Below are positions 52,455-64,000 of a DNA stretch of 64,000 nucleotides, piece by piece. Where the stretch lies: contig JBPGPT010000015.1 in assembly GCA_051047955.1 (NCBI GenBank), positions 310,001-374,000 of the forward strand, read 5' to 3'. Under the pieces are notes generated by a model. That model was not told the origin of the DNA. It searched no databases and worked only from the letters and a program-made list of their open reading frames with translations. How positions within the stretch are numbered: the stretch's first letter is position 1; the number at the start of each line of letters is the position of its first letter. The position numbers and the translations under genes are program-made. The stretch is from Cystobasidiomycetes sp. EMM_F5 (Eukaryota).

Positions 52455-55400
52455 CTAACCCAACAAATCCATCTGGTCACCCGAAGCACTCAGTGCCATA
52501 ACCATGTCTGTCTCTAGATACTTCGCTACTGAGATGTCATCACCGAGGCCTTTCCGCCGGCGTGTCTTCAGGACGAAATCTCTAGCGAGGTGAAGCGGTG
52601 GAGCCGGTTCAAGTGGCAGCAGTTTTATTGTTTTGTCTGTCGGATCGCCCGGACAGATAGACCAGTGGTTAAAGACTGCTAAGGGCATGGCCTGACCCTG
52701 CGTGTGTGTTCGTAAGTCTGTTTCAAACCCGTTGGCATCGATGACTGGAATGTACGCCTTGATAGTCGATAAGGGCGTTCCGGGCTTGGCTTGGTCAGAC
52801 ACGACGTGTCCTCTCCGCCGCGCCAGCACAGCGTAAATAACGGCGACGGCTTCTGCAGGCGCTTGTATCTCGACATAATACACGGGCTCCATAAGGCGCG
52901 GCTGTGCCATCAGGAAAGAGGAGTAGCAGACACGGCGAGCAGTAGGAATGATCTGTCCACCGCCTCGATATATAGGTTCCGCGGCCAGTGTAGCGTCTAG
53001 CAACCTGAATTTGACATTACGTATTGGTTCATCGCATAATGGACCTTCCCTCGTGCCCCATTGGAAACCTTGACGGATAGAGTCGCGTACGCTGCCCAAG
53101 GTCTTTTTATCCACCTCGGACGGTAAAGTGTCGTCAAGGAGGATATTCGTGCCCAGATCGGACGGCCCGAAAGCCCAAATTGATCGAGATGCCAAAACAT
53201 CCCAGTCGTACTTTTCGACGAAGTGTTTGCCGAGCTGTCGAGGCGGCATCCGTATATTTATCCGGCCAGATTCTATATCTTCCGCAATGCCTTTGTCTAA
53301 CGGCTCCGCAATCATAGTAAGCTTGTTTCTGAGGAGAAGGAACAAAATCAGCTTATACTGTCGTTTCTCAAACCAAGATACCAACTGACTTTTTGTTTGG
53401 GGTGTCGGCATAGCATTTCAGGGCAGACGTCTCCACAACTGTCTCGCAGAATCTGACGACTGGATCAGATACTTTGATGTCGATCTCTGCAAACATAATG
53501 CGCAGATCGTGTAGTACGCAATCGAGGTAGAGCTCTCCAGTGCCCATCACGACATGCTCCCCACTTTCCTCGACTCGCGTCTCGACCAGCGGATAAGTCT
53601 TGTTGACTTTACGTAAGCCGTCCAGCATCTTTGGGAGCTCCGAAGGCTGTATTGGTTCGACGGCGACTTTCAAGACAGACTGGTTCGTATGTCGCAATGG
53701 CGCGAATATGCGCAGATCATCCTCATCACTGTTGAGTATTGATGTTACGGTGGCAGTCTTCACGATGGAATTGTCGATTCCTCCGAGAAGGACGAGATTA
53801 CCTGCTGCCATGCCGTCTTCACCGACTGGCAATCTATATCTCGATTCGTGCACCCAGACGTTTTCAATCCGAGCTATGGCCATATCCTCTTCGTCCTCTG
53901 GAGAATAACCCTCTCCCATAACTTTGACTTGCATTCCTTGTTTTGCGGTTCCGCTTAGAATCCTGCCAAACGCATGGAATTCTTGGGCATCGGGCGAAGG
54001 ATATAGTTTCGAAATATTCACTACCAGCGGCCCTTCTGGATCGCATGCAAGCATGGCTTTTGCAACGGGCGTATCGAGAGACCCTGTGTAGGTCGATTCG
54101 ACCTTTTGTCTGGCTGCGGATATCGGGTCGGGAATATGTTGCGCACACATATCGACGAATCCTGTTGCCGGACCGAAGAACTGCGAAAGCACAACCTTGA
54201 GTAAGGGCTTTACGTCCAGCTTGTAGAAATGTGGCTTCAGCTTTATGCCAAGTTCGAACAGTGTCTGTCGCAGGGTTGCCGGATCCTCGCCAAGTACCTG
54301 GGTATAGAGCTTGTAGAGCGGTTCCATGATGAAGTGATCAAACGACCTTTTCCCTGATCCGCTCAAATTGCTTTTGCTAAATTTACGGGTTTCCTGGTCA
54401 TAGTAGATGTTTCCCCACAGCCGTTTCGCGAAACCGTCAATGTCCATCTTGCCGTACGTGTCTGCATACATTTGTGCAAAGCTGCGTATAGTAAAACACC
54501 ATCCCATGCCGGAACTGGCAAATGCGACATTGCCTCTCTCCGGTGACACGCGTAGCTCCGGGCTGGGATCTACACTGGATATGACGGTGTTGACCTCCTC
54601 GATGACGTGCTTGAGCTTATAATACGCGTCGCCTGGCGGAAGCCGTAGTTCCAGTATGAGGCGGTCGACTTTGTTAATGACAAGGGTCATTGGTAGGCCT
54701 TGCGACATGGCGTGTTTGATCATGTATTCAGTATTTGCCAACACCTGTTGGCGAGACAAGTCAGTGTGCCTCGCTCAATTTCGCCTGAACACTCACTCCT
54801 TCTATGGCATCCACGACAATGACTATACCGTCGGCCAGTCGGACGGCCGCTACAACTTCGTCTTGAAAGTTGACGTGCCCAGGAGTGTCGATGATGTTGA
54901 GCAAGTAGGATTTACCGCGGGTGGACGGAAGGACAAGCGACATGGGCGATGATTTGAGGGATATACCTCGTGATTGTGACAGAATGTGCGAGTCGGTGTA
55001 CCGGAGCTGTCGATAAAGACGTAAGCGATCATCTTCATCAGTGTCAAGGAAGAGGTATTTGCGGAGCACTCACGGATCTTTCAACATCCCAATCTAACTT
55101 ATGCGTTTCGTACACGAGCATATCTACCAGACTTGTCTTGCCATGATGCATGTGACCGATGATGGCGATATTTCGTATAGACTCGCGATGGTTTGACAGG
55201 TCCAACAGATAGCTATGAGATTATAGATAAATCGTCAGTGATAGCTAGTCAAGTTGAGGGGAATTCCCCTCTGTCGCACTTTTTGTCGTAGGATGTTTCC
55301 GGCAAGTCTTTCGCTTCTACTCGAAACTTGCGGACTTTTATAGGAGCGATTATAGGTTCTGAGAGCGGTTGAAGATCCTCCTCTTGTACGAGGGTCTCGA

Positions 55401-55827
55401 CGTCTTCGCCGTACAGTTCCTGAGCGGAGGTGTAGTATTTTTTGTCTCTGCAGCCAGCGATGGACGTCTTTAGCCCCAAGACGCGGGAGTAGGATCTGCG
55501 CACACTGGCTGCTCACTCGTGCAGTATAATGGCATTGCTAGGCCCAATGTTCATACCATCGTCCATATCTTCCATGTCTGCATCTTCGTTGACCACCCCG
55601 TCCTCTTCCTCGTCGTCGTCGCCGTACCCGGGCAGCACCGTCGAAGTTGAAGCTCCATTCTGAAAGTGCTGCTGCTCGTCTAGATCTTCCTCGTCGTCCG
55701 ACAGCGCTGCACCAATGTAATTCCCAAACTCGTCTGCGAAATGTACACTCCAGCAATCAGTCGACTGCCCGCTGTATATTGAACAGCAGCAGCATATTCA
55801 GCCCAGCAATGTACCATAGTCGTCCAT
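52455..55827 (-). CDS. SNU114: U5 snRNP GTPase Snu114/EFTUD2
   Basis: [88 protein letters not shown]. Confidence 0.98.
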
Positions 55828-55971
55828 GATGAGCTGGTTCTCGAGACTCGGTCGATAGTCCGTTTGCAAAGACCTGCTTCATTTCAAAAGCTACAAGTCG
55901 AAACTGATGATCGTGCCAGGACCACATTCTTTGCTTTTGACGCAATTGCAGGCTGGCCTTACATTTACAAC

Positions 55972-56360
55972 ATGGCCCGAATCCACAGACTGTCGAGCTT
56001 CTGCCTCCTCTTCCTGACAATCTACGCCATGCTCTACTTTCGGGTCGTCGAGACTGAATACCTGCCCCACGAGAGGCTGGTCCTGGTCAGTGGCAGCGTA
56101 ATTGTCAACAAGGCAATGCTGAGGTGTTCATATTAGTTACCCTTCTGGGTAATCACCTTCCTCGCGACGTACGTCTTGCTCGACTTGGGGAGCAGCGTGC
56201 TCGGTATTGAAGACGCCAACGACGCAGCCGTGGAGCTGAAAAAGGTAGACTGGGTGTAGAATCGCTAATGTGTGGTGCTGATACTTTGAATGGCTCTGCT
56301 TCTCAGGATATTGCAGACGCGACGGCTGATCTGGCGAAAAAGGGTGTAAAGGTCGAATAG
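55972..56360 (+). CDS. DPM3: Dolichol-phosphate mannose synthase subunit 3
   Basis: Three exons: MARIHRLSSFCLLFLTIYAMLYF...-LPFWVITFLATYVLLDLGSSVLGIEDANDAAVELKK-DIADATADLAKKGVKVE*; two TM segments plus the DL.KKG tail. Confidence 0.85.
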
Positions 56361-56428
56361 TTGCAGTCTTCCGCGTATAGCACACTGTATCAACAACAAC
56401 GACAACCACTCAGATATGCTTCAGGATC

Positions 56429-59183
56429 CTACATAACTCTGCAATCTCGCTCGCCCGGCCCACCGGCGCTGTCGCCTGCTAATTGCAGGAGAGCCTGCAG
56501 TGGCACACGGCGCGTGATACCCGATGCATCATCGCTGTCCAGCTCCGAGAGCAATCGAAGGAGCATGCCCGAGCTGGGTGAGCCCATGAGGCGTCGACTG
56601 GTCCACGTCTCGTCCTTGTTCTTTGCAGAAATCTCATCTCGCTTGTCAAAGCGAGAAAATGTCTTGCTGTTGCAATTGGTTGGAGCAAGAATCTTGATGC
56701 TGTTGTCGATACCAGAAACCGCCATCACTGGAAGTGTCGGATGCCATTGCAAGACATTGACTACGCTCTCGTCCCCCTTCCAGATGCCCATGAGTTCGGA
56801 TGTGTCGCGGTCCCAGATGAAGACGTTGCCGTCATCACTACCTGATAAGACAAGTTCGTCCGTGCCGCCGCCAAAGTTGACGTCTTTGACTGTATCGACG
56901 TTGCGATGTCCAGTGTAGATGCGATGAGGGCGGATGAGCGGAATGTCAGCGTGTCGACCGCCACTTTCACTGTGTTCAGACGGTTCTGAGAGCGCGTCTG
57001 ATTCGCTAATGCCATCACTGTCACTCGTTTCCGCTTCTTGCTCGTCACTGATGTCTTCAGCCTCGTGCAGCACATCACTATCTCCGTCCGACCCTGTCTC
57101 CTCGTTTGCGCTGCCGATTTCGAAACGTGAATCCATTCCAACTGGACCGCCCAATACTATCTCGATCTCACCATCATCTCCGACACGAATCTCAAACTGC
57201 TCTCCGTGTTCCTCCAAGGCTTCTGATAAAGCATCTGTAGCCGCCTGTGCATCTGCTCCTTCAGTTTCGGCAGGAGGCGATCTTAAGAAGCTAGCAGCGC
57301 GAGAAGCTCTGACCATCGGCGGTGGGGCACTTGCGTCTTGCTCGTCAGGAGTATCTTGGCTCTCTGACGCGGTCGAAGTGTCAACCAATGTATCTTCGCA
57401 TGTGAGCGAGCGTGAAGCAGAATGTATTGGAGGTGGCGAGCTGCGAGTGTCAACTGTCTCATTCAGCATGGCGCATTCCTCCGCGGTCAGAGGCGGCATG
57501 CCTCGCATCTTCCGCTTCAAGTTGACGCTCCCCAGATCTTCAGGTACGACGTTGTGCCCTCCTGCTGCTTCTGACGCTATGTTCAGGGCTTTGACGCGTT
57601 TGAGTTCTGACTGATCTTTCAGTTCGCCATTGATTTGTCCGGAACGGGTCTCTTGTGCATTGTTGGGCAGTATGCTGGACTGGCTACGGCTTTCCGGCTC
57701 GGCGAAGATGTCGTATAGGCACACGGGTCCACCAGAATAAGTCACGAGAAGATCTCTGCCATTAGTGGCTGATAATTTGGCTGCCGTAACATGCTGCTCT
57801 GCTCTGCTTCGCGATTGACGCAAAAGCATTCTGCGTCGCTGAGCATTCCTTCTGGCAGCTTGTGCGGTTTGTCGGGTTATGTTTCTGCGACTCTCGGGAT
57901 AGGCGCCCGCTGTCGCAGAATTTAGCTCGTCTTCTTCTCCATCTTGCTCGCCGTCGAGCTCTTCGTCGATCTCATCCGGAGGCTCTTCTGGAATAAGCGG
58001 GGGCATTGGCGGCCCGAATCTACGCACGCATTGCGTCAACTCGTTCGGATTCATTCTCGTTCCCCATTGCTGCATCATGCTTCGAGGAACCAGGCGCCTA
58101 TCGTGTAAGAATGCAAATTCTGAAGTTCCGGCAACTACAAACAGTTCCGGGCGAAGGGGAGTTGTGGACAACGAATATAAGCCCATGCCATGTTCGCGGT
58201 AGGAGCACAGCGGAGGCGGACAGTGCGATTTGCATGCATGTCCTACTCTCAGGTCATGCTGCCGGACTGTGCCATCTTCCGAGCACGTCAGAAACAGCGA
58301 ATCGCTCAAGGCTTCGGTCGCTATCCGCTTGACCCGGCCACGATGACATCGGAGTACTCGTGTGCACACCGCTGAGCCTCGAGCATGTTCAGTCCATTCA
58401 CGATTGTATGCCGCACCGGACCGGGCTGCAGTGGACGTCGAGCGATGGGTAGTTCCGCTCACGGCACCTTGTGCCAGGTCGAATACGCGGACTTCGTGGT
58501 CCCCAGCTGCCGAGTACAGCTTTTCATTAGAGGTAGGAGAGAATTTGACTGAGAATATGTTGGCACGGTGTCCAGTGTGAATGCTACGTATCAGGAATAG
58601 ATGGTCAGGGCAGGCGTTCTAACCAGACAATCTCGAATCTCGAAATGAGTGACCTCACGTTGTGGTTAGGCCTAACCCAAGGGGAGAATACTTCTGAACT
58701 ATGTCGGGGTTGTTTGGATGGCCGTTGAGCGGTTCTTGCCCAACCTTCCATAGACAGAGGCTACGTATGTTTGCCACATTTGGAGGATGTCATAAGTTGT
58801 GTCAGAATTGCGCTTGACTATTTTGAAGACTGCAAGGGCTTGAATTCACCGTGTATCATCGCTTCCAGAAGCCAGTAAAGATCCATCGGGCGACCAAGAT
58901 AGAGCATTAATGCAACCGGTGCTGACGACCGTTACATCAGCTTACTGCCGATTGTCTTATAACGAAGCGCAACTGACTGGCCATAGACTCCTGAAATACC
59001 ATCACCTCTACCTTCTTCTCCCTCACCGCCGAGCACATTCACCACGTCAAACTTGCTGGACCATCTATAACCTCGCCGCTGATCCGCACGCAAGGCAATT
59101 CTCGCACGCCGTCTGTTCAATCCAGTCTCGCTTGATGCTGTAGACAACATGTCCAAAGACGCATGCAGTGACCTTGACGGCAT
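56429..59183 (-). CDS. WD40 protein, DCAF8/DCAF6-like CUL4-DDB1 receptor
   Basis: HTGCINALSWSPDGSLLASGSDDT, TGHRANIFSVKF, FLTCSEDGTVRQHDLR, YTGHRNVDTVKDVNF, SGSDDGNVFIWD, VVNVLQWHP, SGIDNSIKI. Confidence 0.9.
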
Positions 59184-59291
59184 CTCGCAGGCGGTCCATC
59201 AGAGGAAGTCGGCTTGAACAAGACCTATTGCCACTGATACGACAGACTACCTTGTTTCAAGTGCTATAAAGTGCTACTGAAGGATTTGCTT

Positions 59292-60810
59292 TCATATCCG
59301 TGCCGAAGTACTTTGCGAAGACTTATCGTTCACCACTGTGCACACAATTTTGCCGGTGTTAGAAGCTGACTCCATGATCTCCGTTGCTTTTATAATCTCC
59401 TCCCATGGCAGTACTTCGTGGATTACCAGCTCGTAATGCCCTTTAAGCAACTTCGGCAACGCTTCTGTGCTGAATCTTTGCAATAGATTGCTTTGGTACT
59501 CTACAGTACGCGACCGCAAAGTCTATGATTGCAAGGCAGGTTCAGTTAGATCACTGACAGCGCTTTGACTGCTCTCGTAACCTACAGTTCCCTCAATGCG
59601 GAGCCTCTTGAATAATAGCATGCTGAGATCCACGGGGTTCTGCGTTTTCGGACCAGACAGCAGTCCAAGCATGACCATTCGGCCATCTCGAGCAGCGCCT
59701 GCAGCAATTAGATCAGCCGGACAGCGTTGATATCGTGTAGGCATTCACACACATCCAAGATTCTTCTCAAAGTAATCCCCACCGACAAAGTCTACGATTA
59801 CGTCCACTCCAGCAGCCTGAGTCGATTTCTGGATCTGCGGAGCGCAAAATGTATGTTTCTTCAGGTCGAGACTTTAACAACTTATATCCGGCTGACGCAC
59901 ATATTCTTGGAAGTTCTCCTCTTTACTGTAATCCTTGTGTCTCAGTACAAGCTTTGGACGCACATGCCTGCCAGACTTACTAGTTTATAGCATGATCTGC
60001 TCCCAGCTTTTTCAGAAAGTCACACTTGTCCTTCGTTCTGTCGAAAGGATTTACGTCAGGATAGCTTCTTACGCCATTGAACTTATTTACCCGGCCGTAG
60101 TAAACACCTCTTTTGCCCCAAAGCCTTTCGCAAGCTGGTTTGCAGCTATCCCGACTCCAGATGCGCCGGCATGAATAAGAACTCGAGCTCCCTCCTTCAT
60201 TTCAGCAATCAGGAAAAGAGCTTGGAAGGCTGTCAACCAGGCTTCTGGAATGGCAGCTGCTTGTACGTGAGAGAGACTCGGTGGTTTGGCTGTAAGCATG
60301 CCGGAGTTGACGACGACTGATCAGAAACGTCAGCATCAAGCAATGTAACAAGAGATGTTAGGCAGCTACTGTATTCAGCGTATGCGCCCTGTTGTAACGG
60401 TGCCGAAACAAAGATACTGTAGATTCAGTTCTCCGTTCGTCATAACAGTACTCGCTCGCCTACTCCGTACGCCAGTCCAAACCTGTTCCAACATCATTAG
60501 CCTGAGACGTCTGCAATAACATTGGTACATCCGCATACACTTCATCGCCCTTCTTCCACGACTCGGCTGCTTTCTTGCCGGCATCTTGGACGACTCCGCT
60601 AAATTCGACTCCAAGGATGGGAGTGACTCCAGGAGGAAGTGGATACATTCCTTTACGCTGCATGATATCCATCCGGTTCAGCCCAAAGGCATGCACTGCG
60701 ACGAGGACTTGGTTGTCGTCATTGATTTTCGGCAACGCCGCTTCGCCAATGGATAGCGAAGACGCGGACGCCTTGTTGCTCCCGTCCACTACTACAGCTC
60801 TCATAGACAT
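59292..60810 (-). CDS. NADPH:quinone oxidoreductase, PIG3-like MDR family
   Basis: AFGLNRMDIMQRKGMYP, ILGVEFSG, AAAIPEAWLTAFQAL, VLIHAGASGVGIAA, LRSRTVEYQ, MESASNTGKIV. Confidence 0.92.
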
Positions 60811-61136
60811 ATTGGGCGTAGTTGGGCTCGTCCGAACTAAACGGAAGCGACTACAAAGTCCGAAACGCACAGACGAGATGTGGCAAAGAAAGTCAATGAC
60901 TTTAGATACGGAAGACCAGACGTAGGCCTCTGGTTGCGTGGACATGATTCCCCGACCGCGACGCAAAGCATTCATGAAAGACCAATTGGCTCTGCATTTG
61001 TTTTGTTTGCATTGATTCACTAAATTGATTCTTTCATCGCGTAACGCTGCCTAGAGCTCTCTTCAATCCACGTCTTTTTATGGGGTATGTTAGAGAAAGG
61101 AAGACTACGGCGATGCTGATTCCCAGCTGAAGGCGC

Positions 61137-62065
61137 CTAATTGTGGACTGCGGAGGGTGCCAGATGTCAGTTTGATGTATGTGAAGCTCGTTGGCAGGAA
61201 GTACAACTTACCCAAGATCTGGTACTGCTGAATTCCCATCTCTTCTTTGCCAGAAAATCCAATATTGGCCCTACGAGTCAACATTTTCAGTAATAAAGCC
61301 GACTGCAAAACGGCGACTGTTGGTACCCATTCATGTGAGTGCCAACTTTTCCAATCGATCTGAATCCATCGAAATCAGCTCGGGCGATAGCCAGTTGCTG
61401 GCCATCGTGGTCTTTGCCTGTCATGGACAAGGGGCGGAGCGCATATTAGGTAACGCAACTCAAGTCAGGAAAATCTTATAATTACCTCCTTCTACAATGT
61501 TGAAGCCTTCGAAGGATGGGTAGCCTGCACGATCTTCCCAACGGACAGAGTTGGAATCGCCAACGAGGATCTCACACTTGCCGAAATATTTCTCGGCTCC
61601 ACCATAGGGAATTAAAGCACCTCGACCTATGCATGCATAACAATGTAGAGATAGAGGTTGAATTTTTTTCCTTTGTGACTGAATACTTGCGGGTACAGAA
61701 CTCACCAGTCGTCCTGAAGTAGGTTGTTGGTCAGCCTTTGTCGCCCTGTAGGGTAATGAGCTTGCTCACTCTCCAATCTTGCCTGTATGGGAACTGCCAT
61801 CTTCGAGTGTGACGCGAGCAATGTAGAGGGCTTGCCCGTCCTTCTCGTTACCACCCCTGTTGTATGCGAAAAAATCAGTTCCGCATTTTTTTGGGCACAG
61901 ACCGCGGCTCAGGTACGGACGCACTGGATTGCATCAGAGGGAATGTCCTGGCCGGAAACCCATTCTTGCTGTTGTGCGGTGTCGTAATTGAGTTGGTGGG
62001 TATGTCAGCATAGAATTGCTACGCGACTGCGAAGAAGGGGTTGACCTCACGAAGTGTACGCTCAT
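61137..62065 (-). CDS. DM9-repeat (DUF3421) lectin-like protein
   Basis: Two repeats over many small exons: W....IPSDAI.GGNEKDGQALYIARV...GKIG...ALIPYGGAE...EILV and W...VEGG.DHDGQQLAIARA...GKVG...ANIGFSGKE...YQILV. Confidence 0.85.
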
Positions 62066-63159
62066 GATGAGATTGGTTTGGTGGTTGTGGATTGGTGTTT
62101 GCGAGATGTCCTGTTGTGTGTGGATGGAGCAGAGGTAAGAGGCTGGCGGCAGCAACTTGGGTTTTATGAAGTTGCGGCGTCGGACGACCCTCGTCACGTT
62201 TGCGTGCTGGCCAAGAAGTTTATTCGGTGGGCCAGTTTTGTGACGACAGAGCCGTTCCGTTACCGCGGCGCTAGCGTACCCTCACAACCAATAGCGCGTC
62301 TTCACGTCGCATACACCATCTCATACACACTACTCTTGCACAGTCTACTAACATTCGCTGTGCAAGCTGCTTCTGATGCGCTTTCCGTCTCGCGAGTCTG
62401 TTCGTCGCGGTGCCCAGGAACGAACAACTTGAATGGTCGCGTCTCCACCTTGTAGCTATGCAACTCGCTCTCACTGCATGCTCATTACGTCTTTTCAACC
62501 GTACTGACATAATCGCGTTGATACACTGACTGCACATGCCGAGGATGACTTGCTGACAGCACCGCACCGAATCTGAAAGGAAGGAACGAGTGCCCCCAGG
62601 CCTGCACCCATTCTCTGCGGAGGTCAACGGGAAAGCCGCAGTGGTCGTATCCAGTGATACTACAAGAAGCGTGAGGCACGAGCTTTGGAACCGTCTCAAA
62701 CAATCATGCTCTAGATCTTCTGGCCATGCATGATGACCGGAGGGGCTCGCTAAGCGGTACTACTGGAGACAACAATAGCCCCATGCAGGTGACGAGACAT
62801 CATACTGTAGCAGGCGGAAAGCAGCGCTCAATCCTCATTCTACTCGCACAAGTCACTGCAATGCACTGAAGCGTAAGTCGTTAATGGATATACTTGGGAA
62901 GGGAGCCCACCTCGAAGAAGGAGATTTTGTAGGCATACGAGCAACCTGACAAGTCCGCTCTCACTTCTAGCTAGCCAGTACAACGCGTGTGCATAGTCAA
63001 CAATGTCGATGTGGCGTTGTCTGCTCCGTGCCTGCCAACTCGCCAGGACGCCCTTGTCTTGCACAAATCTTGCCATTCAGTCTCGCCCAGCCAGCTGGCA
63101 GCATTTCAGCGTGGTTCATATACTGCTTTTGAAGCTGGAGTTGCTGCTGCATCTTCACC

Positions 63160-64000
63160 ATGGCGCACGCGACCAAGCAGGAGATTGATAGCCTATTTCG
63201 GATTTTGAAGACTGTCAAGGGCAACAAGGTGCGCTGGCAGACATTCGAGCAGTCATTCGCAAGCAGTGGATATGAGCTGATCTCTCCGCCTTCTATCTAC
63301 GCGGCTGTTGTTTCGTTCAATGGATAAACGCGGTGGTTTTTCCATGCCAGGCCTGCGCGGACTGCTCAGCCAAGGTAAGAAAGGCAAACGTAGCTTCCTA
63401 AATCTGGCACGGAGCTCATCGTGAATGCGTATGCGCTCTTCTGTGCTCCCGACCTACTTTCCCTCTCACAGAACCCAACGTGGTCTTCAGTGACTTATGG
63501 CGTCTACCTCTGCTTGGACTGTAGTTCGGTGCACAGGAACATGGGAGTTCACGTTACGTTCGTCCGGTAGGTACATACTACGCCGGATCCCCTTTCAACC
63601 CACTAAAATGCTCCATGCGCCGATAGATCAACCAACCTAGATTCCTGGACATGGGACCAACTCCGGATAATGAAAGTCGGAGGCAACTCTGCCTTTGCAG
63701 ACTATATTTCAAAGAATGGGAGAGGAATGGTTACCACGAGCACGCCTGCAAAGGAGAAGTACACGAGCAAGCCGGCCGAAGCATACAGGGATGAGCTGAA
63801 ACGCAAAGCGAAGGAGGATGAGATCCGATACGGTGCTGGCCAAGTGACGCCCGAGGGTATCGCAGGAGTAGCACTCACTGAAAACCTACTGTCGCCGGGT
63901 GGGACTGCTTCTAACGGTCGCGCTTCGCCCATGTCCGCAGCCGGCAGCAATTCGGCTGATGATGGTGACTTCTTCGATACCTGGGACAAACCAACCAACA
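63160..64000 (+). CDS. GLO3: Arf GAP Glo3/ArfGAP2-3, 5' part (runs off window)
   Basis: [66 protein letters not shown]. Confidence 0.93.

Noticed and set aside
58664..58677. Telomere-like palindrome GGTTAGGCCTAACC
   Set aside because: Single unit inside a DCAF8-like coding exon (PLGLGLTT); no tandem TTAGGG array or telomerase-template context.
62271..63100. Short ORFs between the DM9 gene and GLO3
   Set aside because: No recognisable motif or coherent exon chain could be built.

Overview
Eukaryotic, very gene-dense fungal DNA. Short (about 45-130 nt) GT-AG introns with CTRAC/CTCAC branch points and basidiomycete-type proteins suggest a compact Basidiomycota genome, possibly Pucciniomycotina; the taxon is inferred. 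About 33 intron-containing genes were reconstructed by eye, mostly housekeeping: VTI1 (partial), RPT6, CUS2/Tat-SF1, RVB2, PFDN6, DSK2, TEL2, an RNF216-like RBR ligase, NIPSNAP, a CtBP-like dehydrogenase, DCD1, DCAF7, ILV6, RRS1, GYP1, RPL12, RACK1/ASC1 with its intronic U24 snoRNA, TMEM14, a CaMKK, YRA1, a SAP30-like protein, GCN3, SNU114, DPM3, a DCAF8-like protein, a quinone reductase, a DM9 lectin and GLO3 (partial). No transposon, rRNA, tRNA or CRISPR was recognised. The main finding is that RRS1 appears split into two separate genes about 17 kb apart in permuted order: the N-terminal Rrs1 domain at 27.7-28.4 kb and the 'STAS.G' C-terminal region at 45.4-46.0 kb. Other notable items are a 632-nt structured YRA1 intron, a nested-stem candidate ncRNA upstream of YRA1, a tandem pair of F-box/Cys4 genes, a head-to-head pair of LtrA-family membrane proteins, an RVB2-PFDN6-TEL2 neighbourhood and a 5-nt microexon in ILV6. 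Gene spans include introns. Exon boundaries were read manually and protein identities rest on remembered family motifs, not database searches.
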